Shown in pieces: positions 17,990 through 28,136 of a stretch of DNA of 64,000 nt. Position numbers and translations under genes: made by a program. The notes under the pieces were generated by a model. It was given only the letters and a program-made list of their open reading frames with translations. It made no database searches and had not been told where the DNA came from. Positions within the stretch are counted from its first letter, which is position 1; every line of letters begins with the position of its first letter. Source of the DNA: Candidatus Zhuqueibacterota bacterium (GTDB taxonomy: Bacteria; Zhuqueibacterota; Zhuqueibacteria; Thermofontimicrobiales; Thermofontimicrobiaceae); assembly GCA_049322915.1 (NCBI GenBank), contig JBMOPW010000001.1:105858-169857 (forward strand), given 5' to 3'.

Positions 17990-18006
17990 CGCAAAAAGTA
18001 TGCCAG
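17990..18006 (-). promoter_or_regulatory. Sigma54 promoter for REC-DUF4388/parA
   Basis: Minus strand CTGGCATACTTTTTGCG, near-consensus -24/-12. Confidence 0.75.
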
Positions 18007-18405
18007 TGGACGGCGTCTTTCGGGCCAGGTGTCCATTGATGAAAATTCAGACCGATGAGAGGAGATAGAATTTTAATTTTTAGTGAATTAGGGTGGTGAT
18101 TATTCATTGGAAAATTTATCGTGTCTGGAAGAGGGCAACGCCTGTTTGCACAATTCGGTAATTACAAATTCCGACTGACCGATAATTGACCAAACTCGAT
18201 TTGATTTAAGTCGGTGAGTACTTTGAATCGCTATCCATTTGTTTTATTGTGCTGAAATCATGTTTTGAGAAATCATTTATATGAATAACAAACAATTAGG
18301 CTGAAAATGGCAGGGGAGAAGGACAGCGACATCGCTGAACGTGTGGATATTCCGGGGCATGGAGCAGTGAGGCAATCAGCAATTACATCATTGAAAACGG
18401 GTGAT

Positions 18406-18464
18406 AAATAAAAACGACCGGACAGAAATGAACAATGAATGCATTCATTTCAGTCCCGGTCGTT
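18406..18464 (-). terminator. Long hairpin terminator after the sigma54 activator
   Basis: AACGACCGG...CCGGTCGTT with inner stem; T-tract on the minus strand. Confidence 0.65.
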
Positions 18465-18484
18465 GAAATTGTAATAGAAAAAAA

Positions 18485-19852
18485 TTAATTTATACCGTAC
18501 TGTTTCAATTTTTCTCTGAGCGTCGAGCGAGAGATATTCAATACGCGCGCCGCTTTGGATTTATTGCCATCAAAGCGTTCGAGCACTTCGATAATGTGTT
18601 TTCGTTCGATGTCCTGAAGCGAGAGATTGTCATTGGACTGGGGGCTGGCCGGCACGACTTTTATCTCCTTGGGCTGAGAATTGTATAATTCCCGAGGCAG
18701 ATGTTCAACGTCAATGATATTGGTGCTGCATAGAATGGATGCCCGTTCCATTACGTTCTTGAGCTCGCGCACATTGCCGGGCCATTCATAATTCAACAGC
18801 AGGTTCTCCGCTTCCGGGGTAAACCCGGTGATGCGCTTCGAAAATTCTTCATTATAAAGCTCGACAAACAATTTGGCCATGGGAATGATATCGTCCATTC
18901 GCTCGCGGAGCAGGGGCAAGTTAATGACCATGACTTTCAGGCGATAATACAGATCTTCCCGAAACGATCCGTTGTCCACGCACTCTTTCAAATCCTGATT
19001 CGTGGCAGCGATGATGCGGACGTCGATTTTGATATCGGAAGTCCCGCCGATTCTGCGAAAGCTCTGCGTTTCGAGCACCCGAAGCAGTTTCGGCTGGAGC
19101 GACAGTTTCATGCTGGAGATTTCATCCAAAAAAAGCGTGCCTCCATGGGCTAATTCAAACACGCCTTTCTTCACATTCTTGGCGTCAGTGAACGCGCCTT
19201 TTTCATAGCCGAATAATTCACTCTCCATGAGATTTTCCGGGATGGCGCTGCAATTGATGGGTATTATCGGCTTCGTGGCTCTGGCGCTCCAGTTGTGGAT
19301 AGCCTTGGCCACCAATTCCTTACCAGTGCCGCTTTCGCCCTGAATAAGAACCGATGTCTTGGGAGTCTTTGCCACCATTTTGATCATATCTTTCACAACT
19401 TTGATCTTGTTGCTTTTACCGAAAATGGCTGTATCCGGGTAGCGCTTCCGCTCGGCTAATTTTAATTGAGAAACTTCGCGTTTCAATTCATTGATTTTCA
19501 ATGTCTTTTGTGTGACCAGCCGAAGCTCGTTGTGATCGCAAGGCTTCATGAGATAGTCGTACGCGCCTTTTCTCATGGCATCAACTGCGGAAAGGACTGT
19601 GCCATGAGCCGTCATCATAATGATGATCAAATCCGGATCGATGTCCAGCGCTTGGGTGAGCACTTCCATCCCGTCCATTTTGGGCAAGCGAATATCCAGC
19701 AACACAAGATCGAATATTTCTTGTTTCAATAATTCAAGCGCCGCCTCACCGGAGCTTGCAGTGCTTACTTCGTAGCCTTCCTTTTGAAGACACTTTGAAT
19801 AACCTAATGTTAAATCTTCCTCATCATCAACTATGAGAATACGCTCGTTCAT
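18485..19852 (-). CDS. NtrC-family sigma54-dependent response regulator (REC-AAA+-HTH)
   Basis: GESGTGKE, ESELFG, GAFTDA, FLDEI, FREDLYYRL, WPGNVREL, Fis-type HTH. Confidence 0.95.
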   Translation of the reverse strand: MNERILIVDDEEDLTLGYSKCLQKEGYEVSTASSGEAALELLKQEIFDLVLLDIRLPKMDGMEVLTQALDIDPDLIIIMMTAHGTVLSAVDAMRKGAYDYLMKPCDHNELRLVTQKTLKINELKREVSQLKLAERKRYPDTAIFGKSNKIKVVKDMIKMVAKTPKTSVLIQGESGTGKELVAKAIHNWSARATKPIIPINCSAIPENLMESELFGYEKGAFTDAKNVKKGVFELAHGGTLFLDEISSMKLSLQPKLLRVLETQSFRRIGGTSDIKIDVRIIAATNQDLKECVDNGSFREDLYYRLKVMVINLPLLRERMDDIIPMAKLFVELYNEEFSKRITGFTPEAENLLLNYEWPGNVRELKNVMERASILCSTNIIDVEHLPRELYNSQPKEIKVVPASPQSNDNLSLQDIERKHIIEVLERFDGNKSKAARVLNISRSTLREKLKQYGIN

Positions 19853-19858
19853 TAATAC

Positions 19859-21925
19859 CTACTCCTCCGTTGGTAAGAGCAACGTAAACGTTGTCCCTTT
19901 TTCCATGATACTGTCAACGCGAATTTCACCTTTATGTTCTTCTACTATCCTATAGACAATCGAAAGCCCAAGTCCGGTTCCTTGCGGTTTGAGTGTGAAA
20001 AATGGATCAAATATTTTTCCCAAATCGTCAGGTTTGATCCCGGCCCCGGTGTCGCGAACCGTCACTTCGACGTAACGTGATTCCCTGTTCAAATTAGAGA
20101 ATCCCTTTTTCCGACGATCTCTCGCGTAAATGATGGTTTCAACCGTTCGTGCTTTCAGCTCCAATCGGCCACCGTGTGGCATTGCTTCAATTGCATTCAA
20201 AAACAGATTGATAAACACCTGTTGAATCTGCTGATAATCCACAAACACCTTCATGAGATTCGATTGAAATTCTTTGGTGTAGGTGATTTTATTCTTTTTG
20301 ATGCGATCGTCCAGCAGAATATTGACTTCCTGAATGATGTCCTCCAGTTTTTGGAGCTTGCGAATCGGCTGTCGTGGCCGCGCATAGGAAAAGAGTGTGC
20401 GAAGAAGCTCATCAAGACGATCGACTTGCCGGACAATTCGCATCAGATATTCCTGGCGCGGGTCGCTTTTTTCAATTTCTTCTTCGAGGGTCTGGGCCAT
20501 AGTCTTGATGCCGGCAAGGGGATTCCTCACCTCGTGCGCAATGCCGGATGCCAATACGCCCATGGAGGCCAGGCGATCCATCCGCACAACCTCCATCTGC
20601 ATTTGCTTGATCTGTGAAATATCCCGGAATGAGATGATGGTGCCGACTTTCAGGTTATGATTATCAATGCGCGGTGTGATGGTAAATCCCACAAAGACCT
20701 TCGTCTTATCTTTTCGGGTCAATTCAATTTCTCGGTTGAGCAGCGATTGATCCTGCGAAATACTATCCGGCAACAGTTTCCGGCTCAGTTCCCCCAAAAT
20801 CTCATCCAGATTTTTTCCCACTATTTCTTCGGCTTTGTAACCCAGCACCTCCTCAGCGCCGTTGTTGAACGATGTTATTTTGCGTTCCAGGTCAATGGTC
20901 AGCAGGCCGGCGCCCATACTCTGGATGATACTCTCATTGAAATTCTTCAACTCCGTGATTTCTTGCTCCAGCTCTTTGCGCTGGGTAATATCGCGGGCAA
21001 TTCCAACCACACCCATCACTTCGCCCTTTTCAAAGATGGGGTTGATGTTCATCGACAAAAACAGGGGAATACCGGTCTGGCAAATCAGACGAATTTCGAA
21101 AATCCGCGCTTTCCCTTTTAATGTCAGATTGAAGTTGTTGCGCGCCTCCACGCGATCTTCCGGGGCAACCAGATCGAAAAAGCTGCGGCCAATCCAATCC
21201 TCCCTGGCAAATCCGGCAAGCGTAATCAGCCGGCGATTGATGAAAATGAAATCACCTTTCAGATTCAATGTGTAAATTAAATCGTTGGCATTCTCAATGA
21301 GGTCCTGGTACTTGTATTCGGTGCGCCGAATTTTCTGTTCCAGCTCTTTATTTTTCTGCCGAACCTGGTGAAGTATGAACACATTGTCGATGACATTCAT
21401 CAACTCCCGATGCCCGAACGGTTTGACAAGAAACGAAGACAATCCCATTTCAAACAGCGCTGTGCGATCAATATTGTACTCGGTCTGGGCGGTAATCATG
21501 ATCACCGGTGTGTCTGAAAGATGCTTGTACCGCTGACTGGTGACGAGCCGTTGAAATACTTCTGCCCCGCTCATTGACGGCATCATGTAATCGAGCAAAA
21601 TCAGATCTGGCTTGTAATTGAGAATGAAGTCCAGGCCTTCCTGTCCATTGGAAGCGTAAAAGAAATTGTACCCGGCCGAAACGATGATCTTTCTTCCGAT
21701 TTCCACCATGTCCGGATCGTCATCGACCAGCAAAATTGATTTTTTGTTGGTCGCTTTCAAACTGACAGTTGCATGGGTGATAGCCTGGCTGCTTCGGTAA
21801 ATGTGGTCGCTGATTAAATTTTCCAGGTCCTTGATGCTTTTCTTGTCTTTGATGGTAAACAGTTCCTTGGATTTATGCTTGACCGGCAGTAAATCCCCAT
21901 CATTTGTTTTATCATTGTTCACCAT
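19859..21925 (-). CDS. Cytoplasmic hybrid histidine kinase REC-PAS-PAS-HisKA-HATPase
   Basis: LLVDDD/LDYMMP/KPF, two PAS domains ending RDIT and RDIS, AHEVRNPL, NAIEAM, DTGAGI, GTGLGL. Confidence 0.93.
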   Translation of the reverse strand: MVNNDKTNDGDLLPVKHKSKELFTIKDKKSIKDLENLISDHIYRSSQAITHATVSLKATNKKSILLVDDDPDMVEIGRKIIVSAGYNFFYASNGQEGLDFILNYKPDLILLDYMMPSMSGAEVFQRLVTSQRYKHLSDTPVIMITAQTEYNIDRTALFEMGLSSFLVKPFGHRELMNVIDNVFILHQVRQKNKELEQKIRRTEYKYQDLIENANDLIYTLNLKGDFIFINRRLITLAGFAREDWIGRSFFDLVAPEDRVEARNNFNLTLKGKARIFEIRLICQTGIPLFLSMNINPIFEKGEVMGVVGIARDITQRKELEQEITELKNFNESIIQSMGAGLLTIDLERKITSFNNGAEEVLGYKAEEIVGKNLDEILGELSRKLLPDSISQDQSLLNREIELTRKDKTKVFVGFTITPRIDNHNLKVGTIISFRDISQIKQMQMEVVRMDRLASMGVLASGIAHEVRNPLAGIKTMAQTLEEEIEKSDPRQEYLMRIVRQVDRLDELLRTLFSYARPRQPIRKLQKLEDIIQEVNILLDDRIKKNKITYTKEFQSNLMKVFVDYQQIQQVFINLFLNAIEAMPHGGRLELKARTVETIIYARDRRKKGFSNLNRESRYVEVTVRDTGAGIKPDDLGKIFDPFFTLKPQGTGLGLSIVYRIVEEHKGEIRVDSIMEKGTTFTLLLPTEE

Positions 21926-22149
21926 GACATTATACTCTAACTTAGGACAAAAAAGTTATCGCGCGTTTTTTCACACGCATTGTTTGATTCCTCAACAATG
22001 AATGAAGTGCGCTACCATTCAACCATCAGCCATCCTGGGGATGGCCTTATATTTAGCTTTTTCCACTAAGGAACCGCGCAGGCAATTCCTGTGTATAGTA
22101 AGTCCGATTCAGTTTAATTCTGCGAAGCCAGTGAAAGCGGGCATTTGCC

Positions 22150-23652
22150 TCATTCGATGATGTCCACTTCCTCAAAAGATTTCGAATATTCATTTTGAAT
22201 TTCCCGTTCGCTTGGCTTGGGAATCGAAAAGGAAAATCTTGAGCCTTTATTCAACTCGCTCTCCACCCAGATGGCGCCATCATGCAACTCAACGATTTCT
22301 TTGACCAGGGATAATCCCAATCCCGAGCCGGTGACATCCTGGATGTTTTCGTTGTCCGTAACGCGGTAAAATTTATTAAAAATTTTATCGATCGATTTTT
22401 GTCCGATTCCATACCCCTGATCGATGACGCTCACCACCTGCTCCCGGGCGTTATCTTCCACAGATATTATAATTTTCTTCCCATCAGGACTGTATTTGAC
22501 GGCGTTGGAGAAAAGGTTTAGTACCACCTCGCCCATCATTTCCTGGTCGACCCACACTGTCGACAGATCCTCCGGAATTTCGATTTGCAGATCCATCCCT
22601 TTCTGCTCCGCCAGGTACATGTTCATTTCGAGGATGTTCTCAATGACATGCTTCATATTCACATAGGTTTTATTGACCTGGCTTTTGCCTGATTCGATCC
22701 GTGAAATGTCTAAAAATTTATTGATGAGATCGCCCAAACGATTGGATTCTTTGAGAATGATTTCGGCATACTCTTTGGACTGGTCCTGGGATACGCCCGA
22801 ATCCAACAGCAGTTCACTGAACCCGGCTATGGACGTGAGAGGCGAGCGCAATTCATGGGCGACCATAGAGACCAGATCCGTTTTCATTTTGTCAATTTCT
22901 TTTTCCTTGGTAACGTCTCTGAATACGGTCACAATGCCGATCAACTCATGCTTGGTGTTGATGACCTGAGCTGCCTTTGCCTGAAGCACGATCGATTTTT
23001 TTCTGTCCGCCGGCTTAATTTCAATTTCGACTGATGCATTCTCCTGGTCGTTTCCGTTGATCACATCATTTATCAGCGAGAGCAATTTCTGTTCATAAAT
23101 CAGTTTCTCGATAGGCTGATCGATCACTTCCATTTCGGTCAGGCCAAACCAGGATTCTGCAATGGAGTTCAACACGAGGATTTTGTGGTTCGGATCAGTG
23201 ACAATGACGCCGTCGGCAATGTTCTTTAATATAGTTTCCGTTTTATTTTTCTCGGTGATAATTTTATTGAGATTCATCTCGTTCAACCGACGCAGTTCCG
23301 TCGTCATGAAATTGAAAATCCTGGCCAGTCTTCCTAATTCATCATCGGAACTGCTTTTCACTTTATGCGTAAAATTGCCCCGCGCAATTTCTGTGGCGCT
23401 GCGGGTGAATTGGCGGATTGGCTCGTTGATTCGCTTGGAAAATGAAAGCGCACTCAGCGCCGCCAGAATGATAGTGAGTAAAATGAGAGAAGCGCAAAAC
23501 AGAACGGTTGAATTCTGTTGAATCAGCGCGGCGTGAGCGCTTGTCTTCAGAAAGAAGACTAAACAGATTATCAGGGGGAAAAGCGAAATACCCAATAAGA
23601 CAAAAAATAATTTTCTGGATAAAGATTGTTTCTCTAAAATTTTGAGTGGCAT
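22150..23652 (-). CDS. Membrane histidine kinase 2TM-HAMP-PAS-HisKA-HATPase (WalK-like architecture, very short extracytoplasmic loop)
   Basis: HAMP DELGRLA..FN, DGVIVTD, AHELRSPL, NAVKYS, DQGYGI, GSGLGL. Confidence 0.93.
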   Translation of the reverse strand: MPLKILEKQSLSRKLFFVLLGISLFPLIICLVFFLKTSAHAALIQQNSTVLFCASLILLTIILAALSALSFSKRINEPIRQFTRSATEIARGNFTHKVKSSSDDELGRLARIFNFMTTELRRLNEMNLNKIITEKNKTETILKNIADGVIVTDPNHKILVLNSIAESWFGLTEMEVIDQPIEKLIYEQKLLSLINDVINGNDQENASVEIEIKPADRKKSIVLQAKAAQVINTKHELIGIVTVFRDVTKEKEIDKMKTDLVSMVAHELRSPLTSIAGFSELLLDSGVSQDQSKEYAEIILKESNRLGDLINKFLDISRIESGKSQVNKTYVNMKHVIENILEMNMYLAEQKGMDLQIEIPEDLSTVWVDQEMMGEVVLNLFSNAVKYSPDGKKIIISVEDNAREQVVSVIDQGYGIGQKSIDKIFNKFYRVTDNENIQDVTGSGLGLSLVKEIVELHDGAIWVESELNKGSRFSFSIPKPSEREIQNEYSKSFEEVDIIE

Positions 23653-23677
23653 GGCATGATTCCTTGTCAGCAGAAAA

Positions 23678-24628
23678 TTATTCTAATACAACCTGGTTGC
23701 GCCCATTTTTCTTCGCTCGATAAAGCCGTTTATCCGCCACGGTCACCAGAGTGTCCGGCATGGTTGCGTCTTCGGGAAACGTCGCAACGCCCATGCTGAT
23801 GGTTAATTTCCCGTTGGGTTGGGTGTCTTCAAAGTTAAATCTATGCTGTCCAATTAGATTTCTAATTTTATCAGCGACAATTCCGGCGGCGTCCTTTCGG
23901 GTTTCGACGAGAATTAATGCAAATTCTTCGCCGCCGTATCGAGCAGCCACATCAATTTTCCGAATATTGCTATGCAACAGGGACGCGATTTTCTTCAACA
24001 CCAGGTCCCCGGCCGGATGGCCATGTGTATCATTATAATTCTTGAAATAATCGATATCGATCATAGCAATGGAGACATCGATGTTATGCCTTTTGGCCCG
24101 GGTGATTTCGTGGAATAGCTGTTCTTTGAAATAGCGGTAATTGTACAGCCCGGTCAGCCCATCTGTGATGGCCAATTGCCTGAGTTTTTCCTGGGCAAGT
24201 TCCAATTCTTTTATTTTTAATTCCAGTTCATCGTGCAGGTGCTTGATACGAAGCAGCGATTTGACCCGCGCCAATAGCTCCAGTTTATTGAAAGGCTTGC
24301 ACAGGAAATCATCCGCTCCGGATTCAATGCCTTTCAGCTTGTCCTCCAGTTCATTCAGGGCTGTCACCATGATGACCGGAATAAACCTGGTTTTGTCGCT
24401 ATTTTTCATGCGGCGGCAAACCTGATAGCCGTTCATTTTCGGCATCATAATGTCGAGCAGAATTAGATCTGGAGATTCCTCTTCTACTCGTTGTAAAGCT
24501 TCAACTCCATCTTGCGCTAAAATAACTTTGTAACCTGCTGCCTCGAGATATGTTTTCTGTAATTTCCTATTCAGAGGTATATCATCGACAACCAACACAG
24601 TTGAGCGCTCAGGACTCTTGTTAATCAT
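23678..24628 (-). CDS. Response-regulator diguanylate cyclase (REC-GGDEF)
   Basis: VVDD/LDIMMP/KP; DGLTGLYN, DIDYFK.YND, RKID I-site, RYGGEEF. Confidence 0.95.
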   Translation of the reverse strand: MINKSPERSTVLVVDDIPLNRKLQKTYLEAAGYKVILAQDGVEALQRVEEESPDLILLDIMMPKMNGYQVCRRMKNSDKTRFIPVIMVTALNELEDKLKGIESGADDFLCKPFNKLELLARVKSLLRIKHLHDELELKIKELELAQEKLRQLAITDGLTGLYNYRYFKEQLFHEITRAKRHNIDVSIAMIDIDYFKNYNDTHGHPAGDLVLKKIASLLHSNIRKIDVAARYGGEEFALILVETRKDAAGIVADKIRNLIGQHRFNFEDTQPNGKLTISMGVATFPEDATMPDTLVTVADKRLYRAKKNGRNQVVLE

Positions 24629-24719
24629 ACGGTTCAGATCTCCTGGTCGTTGTCAGTCAAAGATGACTATCATTTATAATATTGTATCAGAGTCGTTGAA
24701 CAATATTATATCCAGTCCG

Positions 24720-26171
24720 CTAACTATGATCAAAATTGTAACGGATGTTCGGCTGTTTTACAGCTTTTGCCTCATCCAGGCGGGAAACAGGTGTGGAATG
24801 AGGTGCGGTCATTATTATGTCAGGATTTTCCTCCACTTCATTGGCAATTTGAATCAAACAGTCAGCGAACCTATCCAGTGTTTCGCGGGACTCGGTTTCC
24901 GTTGGCTCAATCATCATCGCTTCGCGAACAATAAGAGGAAAATAGATTGTCGGTGCATGAAAACCAAAATCCAATAGTCGCTTGGCCATATCCAGTGTGG
25001 AGATACCTTTTTCTTTTTGCTCGATGCCCGATAAAACAAACTCGTGCATGGCCGGCCCTGAATATGGAAGCTGGAAATGATTTTCTAAACGTTTCATTAA
25101 ATAATTGGCATTGATAATTGCGTTTTCACTTAATCGTTTTAAACCCCGACCACCCAACATCCTGATATATGCGTACGCACGTATCATGACACCAAAATTT
25201 CCATAAAAAGCATGGACCTTCCCAATTGACTTTGGTAAATTTTCATTAAAACTATAGTAATCATCTTTTTTAGTAATGCGCGGAATCGGTAAGAAGTCGA
25301 CTAATTTTTTGGAAACCCCGACCGGACCGGAGCCTGGTCCTCCACCGCCATGAGGGCTGGAAAATGTTTTGTGCAAATTGAAATGCAGTACATCCACTCC
25401 CACATCGCCCGGTCGTATGATTCCCAACAATGCGTTCAAATTAGCGCCGTCCATGTAAAGCAAAGCGCCGGCATCGTGAATCATTTTATCGATCTGTTTC
25501 AACTGAGTTTCAAAAAGTCCAAGCGTGTTGGGATTGGTCAGCATGAGCGCTGCTGTGTGTTCGTCGACCTTGCTGGCGAGGTCATTTAGATCCACCAGGC
25601 CTTTTTCATTCGAATGGACTTTGATGGCGTTGTACCCTGAGATTGTGACGCTGGCTGGGTTAGTGCCATGGGCCGAGTCGGGAATGAGCACGTTCTTGCG
25701 CGGATTCCCAAGGTTTTCGTGATAGGCTCTGATGAGCATTAATCCCACCAACTCGCCATGGGCGCCGGCAGCGGGTTGCAGCGTGACCTGTTTCAGCCCT
25801 GAAATTTCGCATAAAAATTGCTCTAATTCATACATGAGCGCCATGGCGCCCTGTGTCAGTCGGGCGGTTTGCATGGGATGCACATTTTTCAAACAGGAGC
25901 TATTAGCGATATTTTCATTGATCTTGGGATTGTATTTCATGGTGCAGGAACCGAGCGGATAAAACCCTTTATCCACATGATGGTTGAGCGTGGAAAGGGC
26001 GACAAAATGCCGTATCACGTCATTTTCGCTGACCTGGGGGAGGCGGGCTGCCGTACTTCTCAAATATTTTTCTGGAATTAATTCATTGGCTTTTTTTGCC
26101 GGAACCTGCAAACGAGGGAGAGAATAACCTTTTCTATTTTCGATACTTTTAGAAAACAACGAGCTTGCCAT
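24720..26171 (-). CDS. gcvPB: Glycine dehydrogenase (decarboxylating) subunit 2
   Basis: [35 protein letters not shown] (PLP Lys), [15 protein letters not shown]. Confidence 0.96.
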   Translation of the reverse strand: MASSLFSKSIENRKGYSLPRLQVPAKKANELIPEKYLRSTAARLPQVSENDVIRHFVALSTLNHHVDKGFYPLGSCTMKYNPKINENIANSSCLKNVHPMQTARLTQGAMALMYELEQFLCEISGLKQVTLQPAAGAHGELVGLMLIRAYHENLGNPRKNVLIPDSAHGTNPASVTISGYNAIKVHSNEKGLVDLNDLASKVDEHTAALMLTNPNTLGLFETQLKQIDKMIHDAGALLYMDGANLNALLGIIRPGDVGVDVLHFNLHKTFSSPHGGGGPGSGPVGVSKKLVDFLPIPRITKKDDYYSFNENLPKSIGKVHAFYGNFGVMIRAYAYIRMLGGRGLKRLSENAIINANYLMKRLENHFQLPYSGPAMHEFVLSGIEQKEKGISTLDMAKRLLDFGFHAPTIYFPLIVREAMMIEPTETESRETLDRFADCLIQIANEVEENPDIIMTAPHSTPVSRLDEAKAVKQPNIRYNFDHS

Positions 26172-26270
26172 GCGATCACTCCTAAATATAATCGTTGAGA
26201 TTGCTCACACATTTTTCAAATAATTTTTTCGTGTTGTTTACTAATAAATCATATCTTAAGTCATTTTTTA

Positions 26271-26299
26271 AAAATACGATATAATTTATAAATTGTCAA
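26271..26299 (-). promoter_or_regulatory. Sigma70 promoter for gcvPB
   Basis: TTGACA-N17-TATTTT on the minus strand. Confidence 0.6.
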
Positions 26300-26708
26300 G
26301 CATTTTTTATAAAAACATTATTAAAGTAAAGTAACATAAATTGGTGCGTATTGAACGCTCGAACAATATGATGAGTTCAATCGACCTCAAACTTAAACAA
26401 GGAATGATCTCCGGTCGACCAAGTCGATGAACTTCCCTGCATGAGTTTTGGGATAACGCATGAAACGCATTTGAAAATTTTTTTGAACAAGATCCATTTG
26501 AATAATTTGTCCGGGTATATTGCAGATGATGCCATCCTGTTCGCCGGCTTCGTCCGCGATAATGCGGCCAAGTTACGGATTCGGCGAAGCGCATTGGTGA
26601 GTAGCATGACATGTTCAAGTCAATTTATCAAATGTCAATAAGTTGAATCATAGCGTTCTGCGTAAATTCTGTCGATTCAAGGGTGGCAGAATTTATTGTA
26701 TTTTTAAC

Positions 26709-26737
26709 TTGCATTCTAATGAAAAACGCTCTATATT
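26709..26737 (+). promoter_or_regulatory. Putative sigma70 promoter
   Basis: TTGCAT-N17-TATATT. Confidence 0.45.
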
Positions 26738-26865
26738 TATCCCGCTATTCAAAACAGGGATATCTTAAATGGCAGGTTGATAAAGCAGCTTTTTCAATTT
26801 CTTTCGGTTACTTCGAGTTTTAGATCGGCAGCGAGATGAACAACACACGTAGGAGGAACCTGATT

Positions 26866-27204
26866 ATGAGCATTGAAAATTACAGTGGATTACATTCGGT
26901 GGCCGTCGATAATGAAACAAACACCTCGCATCACGTGTCGGATGCAGATATGATTTCCCTGGAATCGGTCGTTTCAATTCTGGTCAAAAAAGGAATTTGC
27001 ACTCGTGAAGAACTGTTAGCGCTTGAAGAAGAAATTCGTCACGAGCGGATTGAACAGCCGCAGCTGAAGTACATGAATATTCAAAATGTGTATGACCGGG
27101 GACGCTTTCCCGGGCTGAAGCGATCGATGAGCAAATACCGTTGGTCGCGCCGACTGGGCACCCTTTTGTTCGGTTGGAAATGGAAAAAAGTGAAGAAAAA
27201 TTAG
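26866..27204 (+). CDS. Hypothetical protein with basic, Trp-rich C-terminus
   Basis: AGGAGG RBS; LVKKGICTREEL helix; ends RWSRRLGTLLFGWKWKKVKKN. Confidence 0.7.
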   Translation: MSIENYSGLHSVAVDNETNTSHHVSDADMISLESVVSILVKKGICTREELLALEEEIRHERIEQPQLKYMNIQNVYDRGRFPGLKRSMSKYRWSRRLGTLLFGWKWKKVKKN

Positions 27205-27248
27205 GCGCTCAGGTCCATGCAATGTCTGTCTTTAACATAGATCGCAAA

Positions 27249-27288
27249 GGTTTCTGCTTGCACGATTGGGGAGCAGGAGCCTTTTTTG
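27249..27288 (+). terminator. Rho-independent terminator
   Basis: GGTTTCTGCTT...GAGCAGGAGCC followed by a T run. Confidence 0.55.
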
Positions 27289-27368
27289 TTTCATTGGGCG
27301 GAACTTAACTGTCGGGAATTTCGTGAAAAAGGCAATTTATTATTAGCCACCAATTCGAGAACAGGATT

Positions 27369-28136
27369 ATGAAAATATTTAAAATCTCCTCATTAGCGCT
27401 CGTTGTTTTTTGGACTTTGGCCGGACTTGTCACTGCACAAGAACTGCCGAAACCAGTGGGGTTTGTAAACGATTTTGCCAATGTTATTCCCCAATCGGCG
27501 CAGCAGGACATGACTTCCATTTGCCAGGAACTGAAGCAGAAGACAGGGGCTGAAATTGCAGTCGTCACCATGACGTCCATTAGAGATGAGGACTATCGCG
27601 ATTATGCCAATCGTCTGTTCTCCGAATGGAAAATCGGCGAACGGGGCAAGGATAATGGCGTGCTTGTTTTCAATGCGGTGAATGAGCGGAAGATCTGGAT
27701 CGAAGTAGGATACGGCCTTGAGGAAGCGCTGCCCGATGGACTTGCTGGTGAAATTCGGGATCGCTATTTTATCCCCCATCTGAAAAAAGGCGATTATGGC
27801 AGCGCTCATTTGACCGGGACGACGGCGATAGCCTCCGTGATTGCGAAGTATTACGGCGTCAGTCTTAATGGTGAAATGAATGTCCCTGATTCTGGAGGCG
27901 CCTCCGGCAAACGCGTTTCCAAGTTTCCGAAATTGTTTGGGCTGTTATTTTTCATTTTTCTGATCATCGTGACGCGCGGACGAATAATCCCCTGGTTGCT
28001 GTTAGGTTCTATGATGGGCGGTGGAAGCCGACGTTCCGGACACTGGGGAGGATCCAGCGGCGGTGGTTTTGGCGGAGGGTTCGGTGGCTTCGGCGGTGGA
28101 ATGAGCGGCGGCGGCGGCGCTGGCGGAAGTTATTGA
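27369..28136 (+). CDS. TPM domain protein (YgcG-like) with Gly-rich tail
   Basis: Signal peptide, VNDFANVI, EIAVVT, DNGVL, IEVGYGLE...PD, TM, GGFGGFGGGMSGGGGAGGSY. Confidence 0.92.
   Translation: MKIFKISSLALVVFWTLAGLVTAQELPKPVGFVNDFANVIPQSAQQDMTSICQELKQKTGAEIAVVTMTSIRDEDYRDYANRLFSEWKIGERGKDNGVLVFNAVNERKIWIEVGYGLEEALPDGLAGEIRDRYFIPHLKKGDYGSAHLTGTTAIASVIAKYYGVSLNGEMNVPDSGGASGKRVSKFPKLFGLLFFIFLIIVTRGRIIPWLLLGSMMGGGSRRSGHWGGSSGGGFGGGFGGFGGGMSGGGGAGGSY

Noticed and set aside
26172..26700. Glycine riboswitch or small genes upstream of gcvPB
   Set aside because: The leader is short and AT-rich with no GGAGA/CCGAAG aptamer; the overlapping short ORFs have no RBS or recognisable motifs
28010..28133. 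GGC/GGT low-complexity run
   Set aside because: Ordinary Gly-rich tail of TPM-family proteins
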